Positions 1 to 10,798 of a stretch of DNA of 64,000 nucleotides are shown here, piece by piece. Below the pieces are notes generated by a model. It was given only the letters and a program-made list of their open reading frames with translations. It ran no database searches and was not told where the DNA came from. Position 1 is the first letter of the stretch. Every line of letters starts with the position of its first letter. The translations under genes and the position numbers were made by a program. Source of the DNA: an uncultured Butyricicoccus sp. (GTDB lineage Bacteria > Bacillota > Clostridia > Oscillospirales > Butyricicoccaceae); NCBI GenBank assembly GCA_900547195.1, contig URFQ01000002.1, positions 19,175 to 83,174 of the forward strand, given 5' to 3'.

Positions 1-42
1 TATAACCATCAGGCATCTACATTGTAAGAAGGAGGAAGCTGC

Positions 43-852
43 ATGTCCCCAGTTCTCAACATCCGCAGCACAAACACCGACCGGCAGCTCAGGCGCGTGA
101 AGACCTCGCTCATCTCACGCAACCCCAACCAGCCGCGTAAATACTTTGACCCGGAGGCGATTAATCAGCTGGCCGATTCCATTCGCCAATATGGGGTTTT
201 GAACCCGCTGACCGTGCGCCGTACCGGGGATGGGTACGAGCTTATTGCAGGCGAGCGGCGGCTGCGCGCGGCCAAACAGGCCGGGCTGCTCGAGGTGCCC
301 TGCATCGTGATGGCAGCGAGCGAGCAGGACTCTTCCGCGCTTGCCCTGGTCGAAAACCTACAGCGCCGCGACCTGGATTTTTTTGAGGAAGCGTGGGGCT
401 TTAAAAAGCTCATCGACACCTTTGGCCTGACCCAGGAAGAAGCCGCGCGCAAGGTCGGCAAAACCCAGAGTGCGGTGGCGAACAAGCTCCGGCTGCTGCG
501 GCTGTCGCAGAAGAACATCCAGATGATTCGGGATGGCGGCTTGACCGAGCGCCACGCACGCGCGCTGCTGCGCGTCCCGGAGGAAAACGATCGCCTGCAG
601 GCGACGGCGTACATCATTGAGCACCAGTTTAACGTCAGCCGTACCGAGCAGTATATTGACAAGCTGCTCGAACAACCGGCAGAGGAAAAGCGGACCGTAC
701 TGCGCCTGATCAAGGACGTCCGGTTTTTCCTCAATACCGTCGATAAGGCGGTCGGTGTTATGAAAGAGTCCGGCCTGGATCCAAAGGTGGAACGGGAGGA
801 TAAGGAGGATGGCGTTCTGTTGCATATCCTGATTCCAAACTGCAAAAAGTGA
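43..852 (+). CDS. noc: Nucleoid occlusion protein Noc / ParB-family paralog
   Basis: ParB motifs NPNQPRKYF and YELIAGERRLRA, HTH region; lies directly upstream of parA-parB as in Firmicutes; GGAGG RBS. Confidence 0.8.
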   Translation: MSPVLNIRSTNTDRQLRRVKTSLISRNPNQPRKYFDPEAINQLADSIRQYGVLNPLTVRRTGDGYELIAGERRLRAAKQAGLLEVPCIVMAASEQDSSALALVENLQRRDLDFFEEAWGFKKLIDTFGLTQEEAARKVGKTQSAVANKLRLLRLSQKNIQMIRDGGLTERHARALLRVPEENDRLQATAYIIEHQFNVSRTEQYIDKLLEQPAEEKRTVLRLIKDVRFFLNTVDKAVGVMKESGLDPKVEREDKEDGVLLHILIPNCKK

Positions 853-889
853 AAGAGGCGGGTGTTTCACGTGAAACACCCGCCTCTTT
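852..889. terminator. Perfect 38-bp palindrome, probable Rho-independent terminator, with parS at its centre
   Basis: aaagaggcgggtgtttcac|gtgaaacacccgcctcttt directly after the noc stop, ending in a T-run. Confidence 0.75.
863..878. promoter_or_regulatory. parS: parS site (perfect)
   Basis: tgtttcacgtgaaaca matches the Firmicute parS consensus TGTTNCACGTGAAACA. Confidence 0.92.
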
Positions 890-925
890 TGCCCTGTCAA
901 AAACAGTCGTGTCAAAAAATTTTAT

Positions 926-941
926 CGTTTCACGTGAAACA
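926..941. promoter_or_regulatory. parS: parS site (15/16) just upstream of the parAB promoter
   Basis: cgtttcacgtgaaaca. Confidence 0.85.
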
Positions 942-956
942 TTGGCTGTCGGGCAA

Positions 957-984
957 TTGCGTTTGCCGGAGGTTGTGTTATAAT
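957..984 (+). promoter_or_regulatory. Putative sigmaA promoter of parAB
   Basis: ttgcgt-N16-tataat with extended -10 (TGnTATAAT). Confidence 0.55.
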
Positions 985-1059
985 AGTTCCTGGTAACATT
1001 TCATACTCTGGCGCCCGGAGGCGTATCCGGGGACAGCCCTTTTATTAAGGAAAGGAACT

Positions 1060-1827
1060 ATGGGAAAAATTGTAGCGCTCATCAATCAGAAAGGCGGCGT
1101 CGGCAAGACCACCACAGCGGTCAATCTGGCGGCAGCCCTTCAGGAGAAGGGCAAAAAGGTTTTATTGTGCGATTTTGACCCGCAGGGGAATGCCACCTCC
1201 GGCTTTGGCATCGACCCGCGCGAGATTGAAACCACGGTCTATGACCTGATCATCAGCGACGAACCGGATGTAAAGGGGGCGGTGATCCACACCGAATGGA
1301 TCGATCTGCTCGGCTCCAACACCGACCTTGCCGGGGCGGAGATTGATCTGCTGGGGCTGGAGCGCCGGGAATTTCGTTTGCGCGATGTGCTGGCAAAGGT
1401 GAAGGATGATTATGATTATCTGTTTATCGACTGCCCGCCGTCGCTCGGGATCCTGACGCTTGAGTGCCTGTGCGCGGCCGACAGCTTTCTGGTGCCGCTC
1501 CAGACCGAGTATTATGCACTGGAAGGACTTAGCCAGCTGATGGCGACCGTACGTACGGTACAAAAGGGCCTGAACCGCAACATCCGCATGGAAGGCATTC
1601 TCCTAACCATGTATGACGGCCGCACCAATCTGGCCGTGCAGGTTGTCGAAGAGGTGAAAAAGCACTTTGGCGAGCGCGTATATGCCAATGCAGTGCCGCG
1701 CAACGTGCGTTTGAGCGAAGCGCCCAGCCATGGCCAGCCGATCACGGCATATGACCGCCTGTGCCGCGGCGCAACAGCATATTATGCCATTGCGGATGAA
1801 TTTTTAAGTAAAAACAGCGGAAAATAA
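1060..1827 (+). CDS. parA: ParA/Soj ATPase
   Basis: Deviant Walker A NQKGGVGKTTT, DFDPQGN, DCPPSLG, PRNVRLSEAPSHG. Confidence 0.96.
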   Translation: MGKIVALINQKGGVGKTTTAVNLAAALQEKGKKVLLCDFDPQGNATSGFGIDPREIETTVYDLIISDEPDVKGAVIHTEWIDLLGSNTDLAGAEIDLLGLERREFRLRDVLAKVKDDYDYLFIDCPPSLGILTLECLCAADSFLVPLQTEYYALEGLSQLMATVRTVQKGLNRNIRMEGILLTMYDGRTNLAVQVVEEVKKHFGERVYANAVPRNVRLSEAPSHGQPITAYDRLCRGATAYYAIADEFLSKNSGK

Positions 1828-1848
1828 ACAAGGGAAGGGGGCGATGCA

Positions 1849-2724
1849 ATGGCAAAAACGAGCAAAGGAGGCCTTGGCAAAGGGTTTGGCGCGCTGCTGG
1901 GCGAGAGTTTGATGGCCGATACGGAAGCCGGTCAGGGTATTTCCACGTTGCCGATGGCTCTGGTGGAGCCCAATCCCGATCAGCCGCGTAAAGTCTTTGA
2001 CCGCGAGGCAATGGAAGCCCTCAAACAGTCGATTGCCACACATGGCGTGATTACGCCGATCACCGTGCGCATGGGGACGGACGGCTATTATCAGATTATT
2101 GCCGGCGAGCGCCGCTGGCGCGCGGCGCGCAGCGTGGGACTGACCGAAATTCCGGCCATGGTCATTGAGGCGACCGACAGCCAGGTCATGGAACTGGCGC
2201 TGATTGAAAACCTGCAGCGTGAGGACCTTAATCCAATTGAAGAAGCCGAAGGCTACGATGTGCTGATTCACCGTTTTGGGATGACGCAGGAACAGGTCGC
2301 CGACCGTGTGGGCAAATCCCGTCCGGCTGTGTCAAACGCGCTGCGGCTGCTGGCGCTGCCCGGTGAAGCGCGGGATATGGTGGCTTCCGGCGGGCTGTCG
2401 CCCGGCCATGCGCGGGCGATCCTGGCCATTCAGGACGAGGAAAAACGGCTGGAAGCCATAGGACAGATTGCGGGCATGTCGGTGCGGCAGGCGGAAAAAT
2501 ATGCCCGGCAGATCAATCGTGCCGAGGCCGTGGAAGCAGAACCGTTTTCCCCGGCGCCATTTACGGTGGATTATCTTGCAGAGGCAGCGCGCACTCTGGA
2601 AAACCATCTGGGGCGCAAGGTGCGAATCGAACAGGGGAAAAAAAGCGGTACGGTCACGCTGGAGTTCTATGGTGCGGATGATTTGGAGCGCCTGACCGAA
2701 GCCCTCAAACGGCTGACCGTATAG
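1849..2724 (+). CDS. parB: ParB/Spo0J chromosome partitioning protein
   Basis: N-terminal GGLGKGFGALL peptide, IAGERRWRAA, LIENLQREDLNPIEEA, HTH; follows parA. Confidence 0.96.
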   Translation: MAKTSKGGLGKGFGALLGESLMADTEAGQGISTLPMALVEPNPDQPRKVFDREAMEALKQSIATHGVITPITVRMGTDGYYQIIAGERRWRAARSVGLTEIPAMVIEATDSQVMELALIENLQREDLNPIEEAEGYDVLIHRFGMTQEQVADRVGKSRPAVSNALRLLALPGEARDMVASGGLSPGHARAILAIQDEEKRLEAIGQIAGMSVRQAEKYARQINRAEAVEAEPFSPAPFTVDYLAEAARTLENHLGRKVRIEQGKKSGTVTLEFYGADDLERLTEALKRLTV

Positions 2725-2767
2725 GCCAAATGCGCCGGCAGAAAGCCGGAACCATGGAGGACAAACG

Positions 2768-3295
2768 ATGGAAGAAAAAAAACACGATTGTGAACAGCCG
2801 AAAAGCAAACGCTATCTGGCATTTTACATCATCGGCCTGTTCAGCGTAGCGCTTGTGATCATTTTGCTCAGCTATCTGACCCAGCTGCGGGCCGACCGTG
2901 AACTGGCCAATATGAATAACGCGCTTGCGCAAAAAGATACCACGGTACAGGGCGTACAGGAAAAAATGGTGGCCTTACAGGATACGGTTGAAGAGCAGGC
3001 AGCGCAGATTGAAAAGCTTCAGCAGCAGCTTGCCGGCGTACGTACAGAGCTGGATGCCGGCGAAGAGGATGATCTTACGACAGTGCTCCAGCAGCGCATG
3101 GACGAGCGGGATGCATACAGCAGGCTGATTGCGCTGGAAAACGCTGCGGCGTCTGATAATCGACAGACTGCGGAGGACTGTATTGATTATCTGGAACGAA
3201 CCTATGGCGCAGGCCGTTTGGACGGCACCGCGGAAAATCCGGTGTTTACCGATGCGGTTGCCGAGCGGTATCTGGAACTCAAGGCGCAGTTTTAA
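2768..3295 (+). CDS. Hypothetical membrane-anchored coiled-coil protein
   Basis: GGAGG RBS, one N-terminal TM helix followed by a Q/E-rich heptad region. Confidence 0.7.
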   Translation: MEEKKHDCEQPKSKRYLAFYIIGLFSVALVIILLSYLTQLRADRELANMNNALAQKDTTVQGVQEKMVALQDTVEEQAAQIEKLQQQLAGVRTELDAGEEDDLTTVLQQRMDERDAYSRLIALENAAASDNRQTAEDCIDYLERTYGAGRLDGTAENPVFTDAVAERYLELKAQF

Positions 3296-3335
3296 TTTTG
3301 TCAAACCACAAATTTCAAATAGGGAGTCGAAAACC

Positions 3336-4613
3336 ATGTTAGACATTAAATTTATCCGGGAAAACACGGCAAAGGTCAAGGAGCGTCTGGCGCTGCGCGG
3401 CGCTAGCTACGATGCGGCAGTGGACGAGGCTCTTGCACTTGATGACAAGCGCAAGGCCATTATCGGCGAGGTGGAAACCCTGAAGGCACAGCAGAACAAG
3501 GTATCCAAGCAGATTCCGCAGATGAAGAAGGCGGGCGAGGACACCACGGCGATTATGGCGGAGATGAAGGGGATTTCCGCGAAAGTCAAGGAGCTGGATG
3601 CGGCCCGTACCGATGTGGAAGCACAACTCAAAGAGACCCTGCTCGGCATCCCGAACGTTCCGGCGGACAAGGTACCGGCGGGCGCGGACGATACTTGCAA
3701 CCCGGAGGTCCGCCGTTGGGGCGAGCCCAAGAAGTTCGACTTTGAGCCGAAGGCACATTGGGACATTGGCGCGGACAAGGGGATCCTGCTGCCTGAGGTC
3801 GCCGGCAAGGTGACCGGTTCCCGTTTTCATTTTTATCGCGGTATGGGCGCCCGTCTGGAGCGCGCGGTGATTAACTTTTTCCTGAACACCCATACGGACG
3901 CGGAGGGTGGCTATACCGAGATTTTGCCGCCGTTTATTGCAAACGGAGCCTCCATGACCGGCACCGGCCAGCTGCCGAAGTTTTCTGAGCAGATGTATCA
4001 ACTGGGCCGCGAAGATTCCGACCTGTATCTGATCCCGACCGCCGAGGTACCGGTCACCAACATGTTCCGCGATGAGATTATCCCAGCCGATCAGCTGCCG
4101 GTGCGCTATGCCGCTTATTCGGCGTGTTTCCGCCGTGAAGCAGGCGCCGCCGGGCGCGATGCGCGCGGACTGATCCGCCAGCATCAGTTTAACAAGGTTG
4201 AGCTGGTCAACTTTACCGCGCCGGAGGATTCCTGGAATCAGCTGGAGAACCTGACCCATGAGGCGGAGCGTGTGTTGCAGGGTCTGGGTCTGCCGTACCG
4301 CGTCGTTTGCCTGTGCACCGGCGACGTTGGCTTCTCTTCGGCCTGCACCTATGACATTGAGGTTTGGATGCCGTCCTATGGCCGCTATGTGGAGATTTCT
4401 TCCTGCTCCAATTTCCTCGACTACCAGGCGCGCCGCGCCAACATCCGTTGCCGCAATGCAGACGGCAAGCCGGTTTATGCGCATACCTTAAACGGTTCGG
4501 GCGTTGCGGTCGGCCGCACCGTGGCCGCCATCCTGGAGAACTATCAGAATGCAGACGGTTCGGTGTCGATTCCGGAAGCGCTGCGCGCATTCATGGGCTG
4601 TGACAAAATCTGA
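3336..4613 (+). CDS. serS: Serine--tRNA ligase
   Basis: Start moved to [10 protein letters not shown] (RBS agggag); motifs [34 protein letters not shown]. Confidence 0.97.
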   Translation: MLDIKFIRENTAKVKERLALRGASYDAAVDEALALDDKRKAIIGEVETLKAQQNKVSKQIPQMKKAGEDTTAIMAEMKGISAKVKELDAARTDVEAQLKETLLGIPNVPADKVPAGADDTCNPEVRRWGEPKKFDFEPKAHWDIGADKGILLPEVAGKVTGSRFHFYRGMGARLERAVINFFLNTHTDAEGGYTEILPPFIANGASMTGTGQLPKFSEQMYQLGREDSDLYLIPTAEVPVTNMFRDEIIPADQLPVRYAAYSACFRREAGAAGRDARGLIRQHQFNKVELVNFTAPEDSWNQLENLTHEAERVLQGLGLPYRVVCLCTGDVGFSSACTYDIEVWMPSYGRYVEISSCSNFLDYQARRANIRCRNADGKPVYAHTLNGSGVAVGRTVAAILENYQNADGSVSIPEALRAFMGCDKI

Positions 4614-4681
4614 GTAACCCTCAAAACGGGCTGTCTAAACGCTCCCCATAAGGACGCCACCCAAGACCGTTTCGGAGCATC

Positions 4682-4722
4682 AAAAAAACTGCCACGGAAT
4701 GAAAATTCTCGTGGCAGTTTTT
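4682..4722. terminator. Rho-independent terminator after serS
   Basis: aaaaaactgccacg...cgtggcagttttt hairpin with A/T tails. Confidence 0.7.
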
Positions 4723-5049
4723 GCATTTTCACGGCTTCGATGCGTGAAACGCCGTTCCGGACAGCGCGGACGCTTGCGCATAAATCTGGCTTGATCCGGT
4801 CATTTCTGTTATGATTCCCCTGCTTATAAACAGGGCGTTTTTGACCGCCGGGGGCAAGTGTCTGCATGGATTTTCCTAATTCAAAAAATATAGGCATATG
4901 CAGCACTATCCCAGCTGATTTTTATTGCGATACTACACATTTTGCACGTTTCCGGATGATCGCTTGATAAAAACAATAAAATTTGATATGATCGATATGA
5001 AAAATGCAGCGGACATATGCCCGCCGCAAAGAAAGGGGATTGTATTGGA

Positions 5050-5814
5050 ATGCCGCAGGAGCAACATCGTGCCACTGCACGGGTGCTGGATATATTGGAG
5101 CAGCTGTCCGTGAAAAGAGAGGGGCTAACCTTGACCGAACTGTCCCACACGCTGAACGCCCCCAAAAGCAGCCTATTTCCGATCGTCCACACACTGGAGG
5201 AGCGGCATTACCTTCATCAAAACGAGGGGACCGGCCGGTACAGCATCGGCTCCAGCTGCTGGGTGCTGGGCGCCGCCTTTGCCGCCGACGGCGGCTTGGA
5301 GCCTATCGTCGAGGTAATGAAAAAAATTGTGGAACAGTGCCAGGAAACTTGCCAAATGGGACGTCTGGACGGCGGCGATGTGCTGTACATGGAAAAAGAG
5401 GACTCCCCACAGGCCATCCGCATGATCTCTCAGGTCGGCAACCGTCTGCACGCCAACGCGACAGCTATCGGCAAGGCGCTGCTCAGTGGCCTGACGGATG
5501 AGGAACTGCGCATACTATATGCCGGTGGCCTGCCCCGCCTGACCGAGAACACTGTGACCGATATGGACACTCTGCTTGCACAGTTGGCGGAGGTGCGCGC
5601 TGGGGGAATCGCCACCGAGCGGGAAGAATCCACGCCGCAGCTGGCCTGTTGGGCAGTGCCGCTACGCAGGCGCGACAAGGTCTTTGCAGCGCTCAGCGTG
5701 TCTGTGCCTCTGTTTCGATGCAGCCCCGAAAAAGTAGATTTGGTATGCCGGTGCCTGCGGGAAGCTCAAGCGGAAATTGAGCGGCTCGAAGGTATCTGGG
5801 CATTTAAGCTGTGA
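5050..5814 (+). CDS. IclR family transcriptional regulator
   Basis: N-terminal HTH (LTLTELSHTLNAPKSSLFPIVHTL), ATAIGKALL effector-domain motif; start placed at MPQEQHR. Confidence 0.9.
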   Translation: MPQEQHRATARVLDILEQLSVKREGLTLTELSHTLNAPKSSLFPIVHTLEERHYLHQNEGTGRYSIGSSCWVLGAAFAADGGLEPIVEVMKKIVEQCQETCQMGRLDGGDVLYMEKEDSPQAIRMISQVGNRLHANATAIGKALLSGLTDEELRILYAGGLPRLTENTVTDMDTLLAQLAEVRAGGIATEREESTPQLACWAVPLRRRDKVFAALSVSVPLFRCSPEKVDLVCRCLREAQAEIERLEGIWAFKL

Positions 5815-5853
5815 TAACAGCGGGCTATCGCGCCGCGAACCATATATAAAAGC

Positions 5854-5891
5854 AAACAAGCCGGATCTCCATGCGGAGATCCGGCTTGTTT
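5854..5891. terminator. Bidirectional terminator between iclR and the PFOR gene
   Basis: aaacaagccggatctcc-atgc-ggagatccggcttgttt. Confidence 0.8.
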
Positions 5892-5959
5892 TAACAGAGG
5901 ATCAGGCTATCTGCCCCCCGAATAGGGGCCAGCTGGCTTAAAAAGGGGTTGTCCGCGCG

Positions 5960-8900
5960 TTATGCATTGTCTGCCAGCTTTTTGTATTTTGCGTAGCGCG
6001 CCTGTGCATCGGCAATCGCCTTTGTATAAAGGGCGTCGGCACGCTCCGGGAAGTTGTTTTTCAGGGACGCGAAACGGTTTTCGCCCATCAGGTAATCCAT
6101 CATTTTTTCCGTATCCGGTTCGGGGGAATCCAGCTGGAAGGGATTCTTGCCCTCGGCGGCACGACGGGGGTCGTAACGGTACAGGTGCCAGTAACCGCAT
6201 TCGACTGCCTTTTTCATTTCGGTCTGTGTGCAGCCCATACCCGCCTTGATATGCTGCTCCAGGCAGGGGCAGTATGCGATGATGATAGACGGACCGGGAT
6301 AGGCTTCCGCTTCACGGATGGCCTTCAGAGTCTGCGCCTGGTCGTAGCCCATGGCGACCTGTGCCACATAAACGTAGCCGTAGTTCATAAAGATCGCGCC
6401 GAGATCCTTTTTAGCAATCGGCTTGCCGCCAGCAGCAAATTTCGCGACCGCAGAAGTAGGCGTCGCCTTGGAGGACTGGCCGCCGGTGTTGGAATACACT
6501 TCGGTGTCTAGGACAAGCAGGTTGATGTCACGGTTTTGCGCGAGGACATGGTCGATGCCGCCGAAGCCGATATCGTACGCCCAACCGTCGCCGCCGATCG
6601 CCCAAATCGACTTCTTAGACAGGTATTCCTTATTCTCGAGGATGTACTGGACATCCGGGGTCTGCTCACACTGCTCGAGCTGCGCGATCAGCGCGCCCGA
6701 AACCGCGCGGGATTGTTCACGCTTTTCCCAGTTGTCCAGATATGCAGTGACGGCGTCAGCCGCAACACCTGTGTTCTTCAGGTTCTCCATGCGGATGAGC
6801 AGTTCTTTTCGAATCGCGTCCTGCGCATGGAAGAAACCGTAAGCAAACTCGGCGTTATCCTCGAACAAAGAATGTTCCCAGGCCGGGCCGAAGCCGCGCT
6901 CGTCGCGGCAATACGGCAAGATGGGTGCGCCGCCGCTGTAAGCGGAAGAACAGCCGGCCGCGTTGCCAATATACATATGGTCTCCCACAAGCTGGCTGAC
7001 CAGCTTGATATAGGTGGTCTCCGCGCAGCCCGCACAAGCTGCGGAGAACTGGAAGTAGGGCTTTGCAAACTGGATGGACTTGACGCTCTTGTCGCTGATG
7101 ATGTCCTTTTTCATGTAGGACTCATTCATGGCGACCTCGTCGAAGTTCTTCTGTTCCGCCTTCATTTCGTCAAACGGGGTCATAACCAGGGCGTCCTTCG
7201 CTGGGCACACAGTCAGGCACACGCCGCAGCCTAAGCAGTCATACGGCGATATCTGCATGCGGAAAGAATACTCCGGCGCATCCTTGCCGAGCCCCTTGGC
7301 AGGCACGGTCTCAAAGGACGCGGGCACGATTTTCTTTTCTTCCTCAGTCAGCAGCACGGGACGGATTGATGCGTGCGGACACGCCATGGCGCAGCGATTG
7401 CACTGTACACAGCTCTTGCTGTTCCACTTGGGTACCATGGTTGCTACGCCGCGCTTGGCATAGGCCGACGTGCCGTTTTCCCATGTACCGTCCAGCACAC
7501 CGTACTTCTGGAATACGGAAACCGGCAGCTTGTCGCCCTGCTGGCGGTCCATCGGGAGAACAATGTCCTTGACAAAAGGCGTTGCGTCTATTTCTGTCGC
7601 AGGCACATCCGCTGCGTCCGCCCAGCTTTCCGGGATATCCACCTTGACCGCAGCGTTTACGCCCCTGTCAACGGCTTCGTTGTTCATATCGACGATTTTC
7701 TGGCCCGCCTTTTTGAAGTATGAATTATAGTTGTTCTTCTTCATGTCCTCGACCGCAACATCCAGCGCAATGACCTTGGTCAGAGAGAAAAACGCGGCCT
7801 GCAAGATGTTGTTGGTGCGCTTGCCAAGACCGATTTCCGCTGCGATCTTGGCCGCGTCAATGATGTAGAACTGTGCATGCTTGCGGCACAGGTCGCGTTT
7901 CATCTTGGCGGGCAGCCGAGTCTCCAGCTCCTCGGCGCCCCACGGGCAGTTGAGCAGATAGATGCCGCCCTCCTTGAGGTCGTCCGTGGTGTCGTACTTA
8001 TCCACATAGGTGGGGGCATGAACCGCTACAAAATCCGCGGAAGAGACCAGATAGGTCGCACGTATCGGGTTGTCGCCAAACCGCAGGTGCGACTGAGTCA
8101 GGCCGCCCGATTTCATCGAGTCGTAAGAGAAATACGCCTGCGCGTACTTATCCGCTGTCAGGCCGATGGTCGTAATCGCGTTCTTGTTCGCGCCCACCGT
8201 GCCGTCGCCTCCAAGGCCCCAGATTTTGCAGGAGATCTCGCACGGATGCGCCAACTCCACTTCGGTGTACTCCAGCGAGGTGTAGGTCACGTCATCGTTG
8301 ATGCCGATGGTAAAGTTGTTCTTCGGCTGATCCTGTTTCAGGTTATCGTAAACCGCTATGAACTGACCGGGCGTGGTGTCCTTGGAAGACAGGCCGTAAC
8401 GTCCGCCGACAATCTTGATGCCGGTTCGTCCCGCCTGATTGAGCGCAGAGCACACATCGAGGTACAACGGCTCGCCGACCGAGCCGGTCTCCTTGGAGCG
8501 GTCAAGCACCGCAATCTTCTGACAGGTTGCGGGGATTGCTTCGACAAAATGTTTCACCGAGAACGGTCGGTACAGGTGTACCTGAACCAGACCGACCTTG
8601 CGTCCCCGGGCATTAAGGTAATCAATGGTCTCTTTGACCGCTTCAGACGCTGAGCACATCACAACGATCACTTCTTCCGCGTCCGGCGCGCCGTAATAAT
8701 TGAACAGCTTGTAATTCCGGCCGGTCAGGGCATTGATTTTATCCATGTAGTGCTGCACAGTATCAGGCACGACCGCGCTCTTGACGTTCGCGCCCTCCTT
8801 GCACTGGAAGTAAATATCCGGGTTGACATTGTTGCCGCGGCTCGTGGGATGCTCCGGGTTGAGCGACTGGCGGCGGAACTCCTTGAAGGCGTCATAATCG

Positions 8901-9484
8901 ATAAAACCGCGCAGATCCTCATAGTCGAGCGTTTCGATGCGCTGCATCTCGTGCGAAGTGCGGAAGCCGTCAAAGCAGTGCATGAAAGCGTACCGTGCAC
9001 TGATCGCGGAAAGATGCGCAACCGCGCCCAAATCCATGGCTTCCTGCGGGGAGGAGGACATCAGCATCGCGTAACCCGTCGTGCGGCAGGTCATAAAGTC
9101 GGTATGGTCGCCAAAAATTGAATGGTGGTTGCTCGTCACAACGCGGGACGCGACGTGCATGACGTTGGGCAGGAATTGGCCGCCCATGGCGTACATCGCC
9201 GGAATCATCAACATCAGGCCCTGCGAGGAGGTAAATGTAGTGGTAAGGGCGCCCGCTTGCAGCGAGCCGTGGCAGGTGCCCGCAGCGCCCGCCTCGGACT
9301 GCATCTGAATCACGTCTACGGTAGAACCGAATAGGTTTTTCTTGCCCTTTGCCGACCATTCGTCGACTTTTTCCGCCATCGGAGACGACGGCGTGATCGG
9401 ATAAATTGCGGCAACCTCGGTAAACGCATAGGCTACATAGGCTGCGGCGGTATTGCCGTCCATTACGGCATAGTTTTTTTTCAT
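5960..9484 (-). CDS. nifJ: Pyruvate:ferredoxin (flavodoxin) oxidoreductase
   Basis: YPITPSS, MQSEAGAAG, two CxxCxxCxxxCP ferredoxin motifs, GGDGWAYDIG TPP motif; start at MKKNYAVMDGN. Confidence 0.95.
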   Translation of the reverse strand: MKKNYAVMDGNTAAAYVAYAFTEVAAIYPITPSSPMAEKVDEWSAKGKKNLFGSTVDVIQMQSEAGAAGTCHGSLQAGALTTTFTSSQGLMLMIPAMYAMGGQFLPNVMHVASRVVTSNHHSIFGDHTDFMTCRTTGYAMLMSSSPQEAMDLGAVAHLSAISARYAFMHCFDGFRTSHEMQRIETLDYEDLRGFIDYDAFKEFRRQSLNPEHPTSRGNNVNPDIYFQCKEGANVKSAVVPDTVQHYMDKINALTGRNYKLFNYYGAPDAEEVIVVMCSASEAVKETIDYLNARGRKVGLVQVHLYRPFSVKHFVEAIPATCQKIAVLDRSKETGSVGEPLYLDVCSALNQAGRTGIKIVGGRYGLSSKDTTPGQFIAVYDNLKQDQPKNNFTIGINDDVTYTSLEYTEVELAHPCEISCKIWGLGGDGTVGANKNAITTIGLTADKYAQAYFSYDSMKSGGLTQSHLRFGDNPIRATYLVSSADFVAVHAPTYVDKYDTTDDLKEGGIYLLNCPWGAEELETRLPAKMKRDLCRKHAQFYIIDAAKIAAEIGLGKRTNNILQAAFFSLTKVIALDVAVEDMKKNNYNSYFKKAGQKIVDMNNEAVDRGVNAAVKVDIPESWADAADVPATEIDATPFVKDIVLPMDRQQGDKLPVSVFQKYGVLDGTWENGTSAYAKRGVATMVPKWNSKSCVQCNRCAMACPHASIRPVLLTEEEKKIVPASFETVPAKGLGKDAPEYSFRMQISPYDCLGCGVCLTVCPAKDALVMTPFDEMKAEQKNFDEVAMNESYMKKDIISDKSVKSIQFAKPYFQFSAACAGCAETTYIKLVSQLVGDHMYIGNAAGCSSAYSGGAPILPYCRDERGFGPAWEHSLFEDNAEFAYGFFHAQDAIRKELLIRMENLKNTGVAADAVTAYLDNWEKREQSRAVSGALIAQLEQCEQTPDVQYILENKEYLSKKSIWAIGGDGWAYDIGFGGIDHVLAQNRDINLLVLDTEVYSNTGGQSSKATPTSAVAKFAAGGKPIAKKDLGAIFMNYGYVYVAQVAMGYDQAQTLKAIREAEAYPGPSIIIAYCPCLEQHIKAGMGCTQTEMKKAVECGYWHLYRYDPRRAAEGKNPFQLDSPEPDTEKMMDYLMGENRFASLKNNFPERADALYTKAIADAQARYAKYKKLADNA

Positions 9485-9625
9485 GGGGATATTCCTTTCT
9501 TGGCAATGATATGCTGCACCGCCCTTCTGGCGGACACAGCAAGGACAAAGCTGCGGCAACACGAGAGAACATCTGTGTTGTGCTGCCGCAGCCCATTTTC
9601 TCAATGTAGGTTTGCAGGTTCGTGC

Positions 9626-10786
9626 TTACACGAAGTTACAAACGCGGGCGATCGACATCTCGGTATAGCCCAAGGATTCCGCCTTGGTCTGCCGGCCGCT
9701 GGCAACTTCGGAAACCAGTTTCAGCAGATCGTCCCCCATCTCCTGCAAATTGCCGCCGTAGATGAGCGGCGAGGCGTCCACATCGATATTGTCCTCCATC
9801 TTGGCAAAGGTGATGCGGTTGCCGGTGATCTTGATGACCGGCGCAATGGGGTTGCCGGTAGGTGTGCCGCGGCCGGTGGAGAACACGATCACCTGCGCCC
9901 CGCCTGCGACCATGCCCGCCACCGAAGATGGATCGTTACCCGGCGTGTCCATGATAACAAGTCCGCTCTTAGACGTGATCTGCTTGGCATAGTCGTACAC
10001 CTCGTTGATCGGAGTATGGCCGCCCTTGTGGATACAGCCGAGCGACTTTTCCTCAAGCGTGGTGATACCGCCGGCCTTATTGCCTGGAGCCGGGTTGCCT
10101 TCCCGCACCTCCTCGCCGACCAGCCGCAGCGCTTTTTCGTATCGATCGACGATCTCGAAGATGCGATCATGCACCGCAGGAGTTGCCGCCCGGCGGGCCA
10201 GAATATGCTCCGCGCCGATGAATTCGGTGGTTTCGGACAGGATGGACGTTCCGCCTTCTGCGACAATGCGGTCGCTTAATTCGCCGATTAACACATTGGC
10301 TGCAAGCCCGCTGGTCGGATCCGAACCGCCGCACTCGGTGCCGACGATCAGTTCGGAGAGCGGGAACTCCTGCTTCTGCAGCCTGGAAGCCTCCGCAACC
10401 ATCTCCTTTGCATAGCGCACCGCGATATCCACTGCCTTGAGGGTGCCGCCGGCCTCTTGGATGATGACCTGCCGGATCGGCTTGTTGGTGCGCGCCCGAA
10501 TGGCTTCGACCACCAGATCCATCTGGCAGTTTTCACAACCCAGCGACACCACGACCGTACCGTACACGTTGGGGTTGGCCGCGTAACCGGCCATCACATC
10601 CATCGTAAGCTGCTGGTCGGATGCCACCTGCGAGCAGCCGAGCTGGTTGTTGAAGGTGACAGAGCCCACCACCTGCTGGGAAATGATGCGGGTGGTGTCG
10701 GAGGCGCAGACGCTGGCAGGCAGAATCAGCACCTTATTGCGTACACCCACACGACCGTCCGGCCGCCGGTAACCATAAAAAGTCAT
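9626..10786 (-). CDS. UxaA/GarD/SuyB-family dehydratase, large subunit
   Basis: GYRRPDGRVGVRN, LGCENCQ, ECGGSD, GNKAGGITTLEEKSLG, FSTGRGTP. Confidence 0.88.
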   Translation of the reverse strand: MTFYGYRRPDGRVGVRNKVLILPASVCASDTTRIISQQVVGSVTFNNQLGCSQVASDQQLTMDVMAGYAANPNVYGTVVVSLGCENCQMDLVVEAIRARTNKPIRQVIIQEAGGTLKAVDIAVRYAKEMVAEASRLQKQEFPLSELIVGTECGGSDPTSGLAANVLIGELSDRIVAEGGTSILSETTEFIGAEHILARRAATPAVHDRIFEIVDRYEKALRLVGEEVREGNPAPGNKAGGITTLEEKSLGCIHKGGHTPINEVYDYAKQITSKSGLVIMDTPGNDPSSVAGMVAGGAQVIVFSTGRGTPTGNPIAPVIKITGNRITFAKMEDNIDVDASPLIYGGNLQEMGDDLLKLVSEVASGRQTKAESLGYTEMSIARVCNFV

Positions 10787-10798
10787 GCCTGTCCCTCC

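Noticed and set aside
3129..3335. N-terminal extension of SerS, or a T-box leader
   Set aside because: The extension overlaps the upstream CDS and a good RBS precedes ATG 3336. The 40-bp gap is too short for a T-box.
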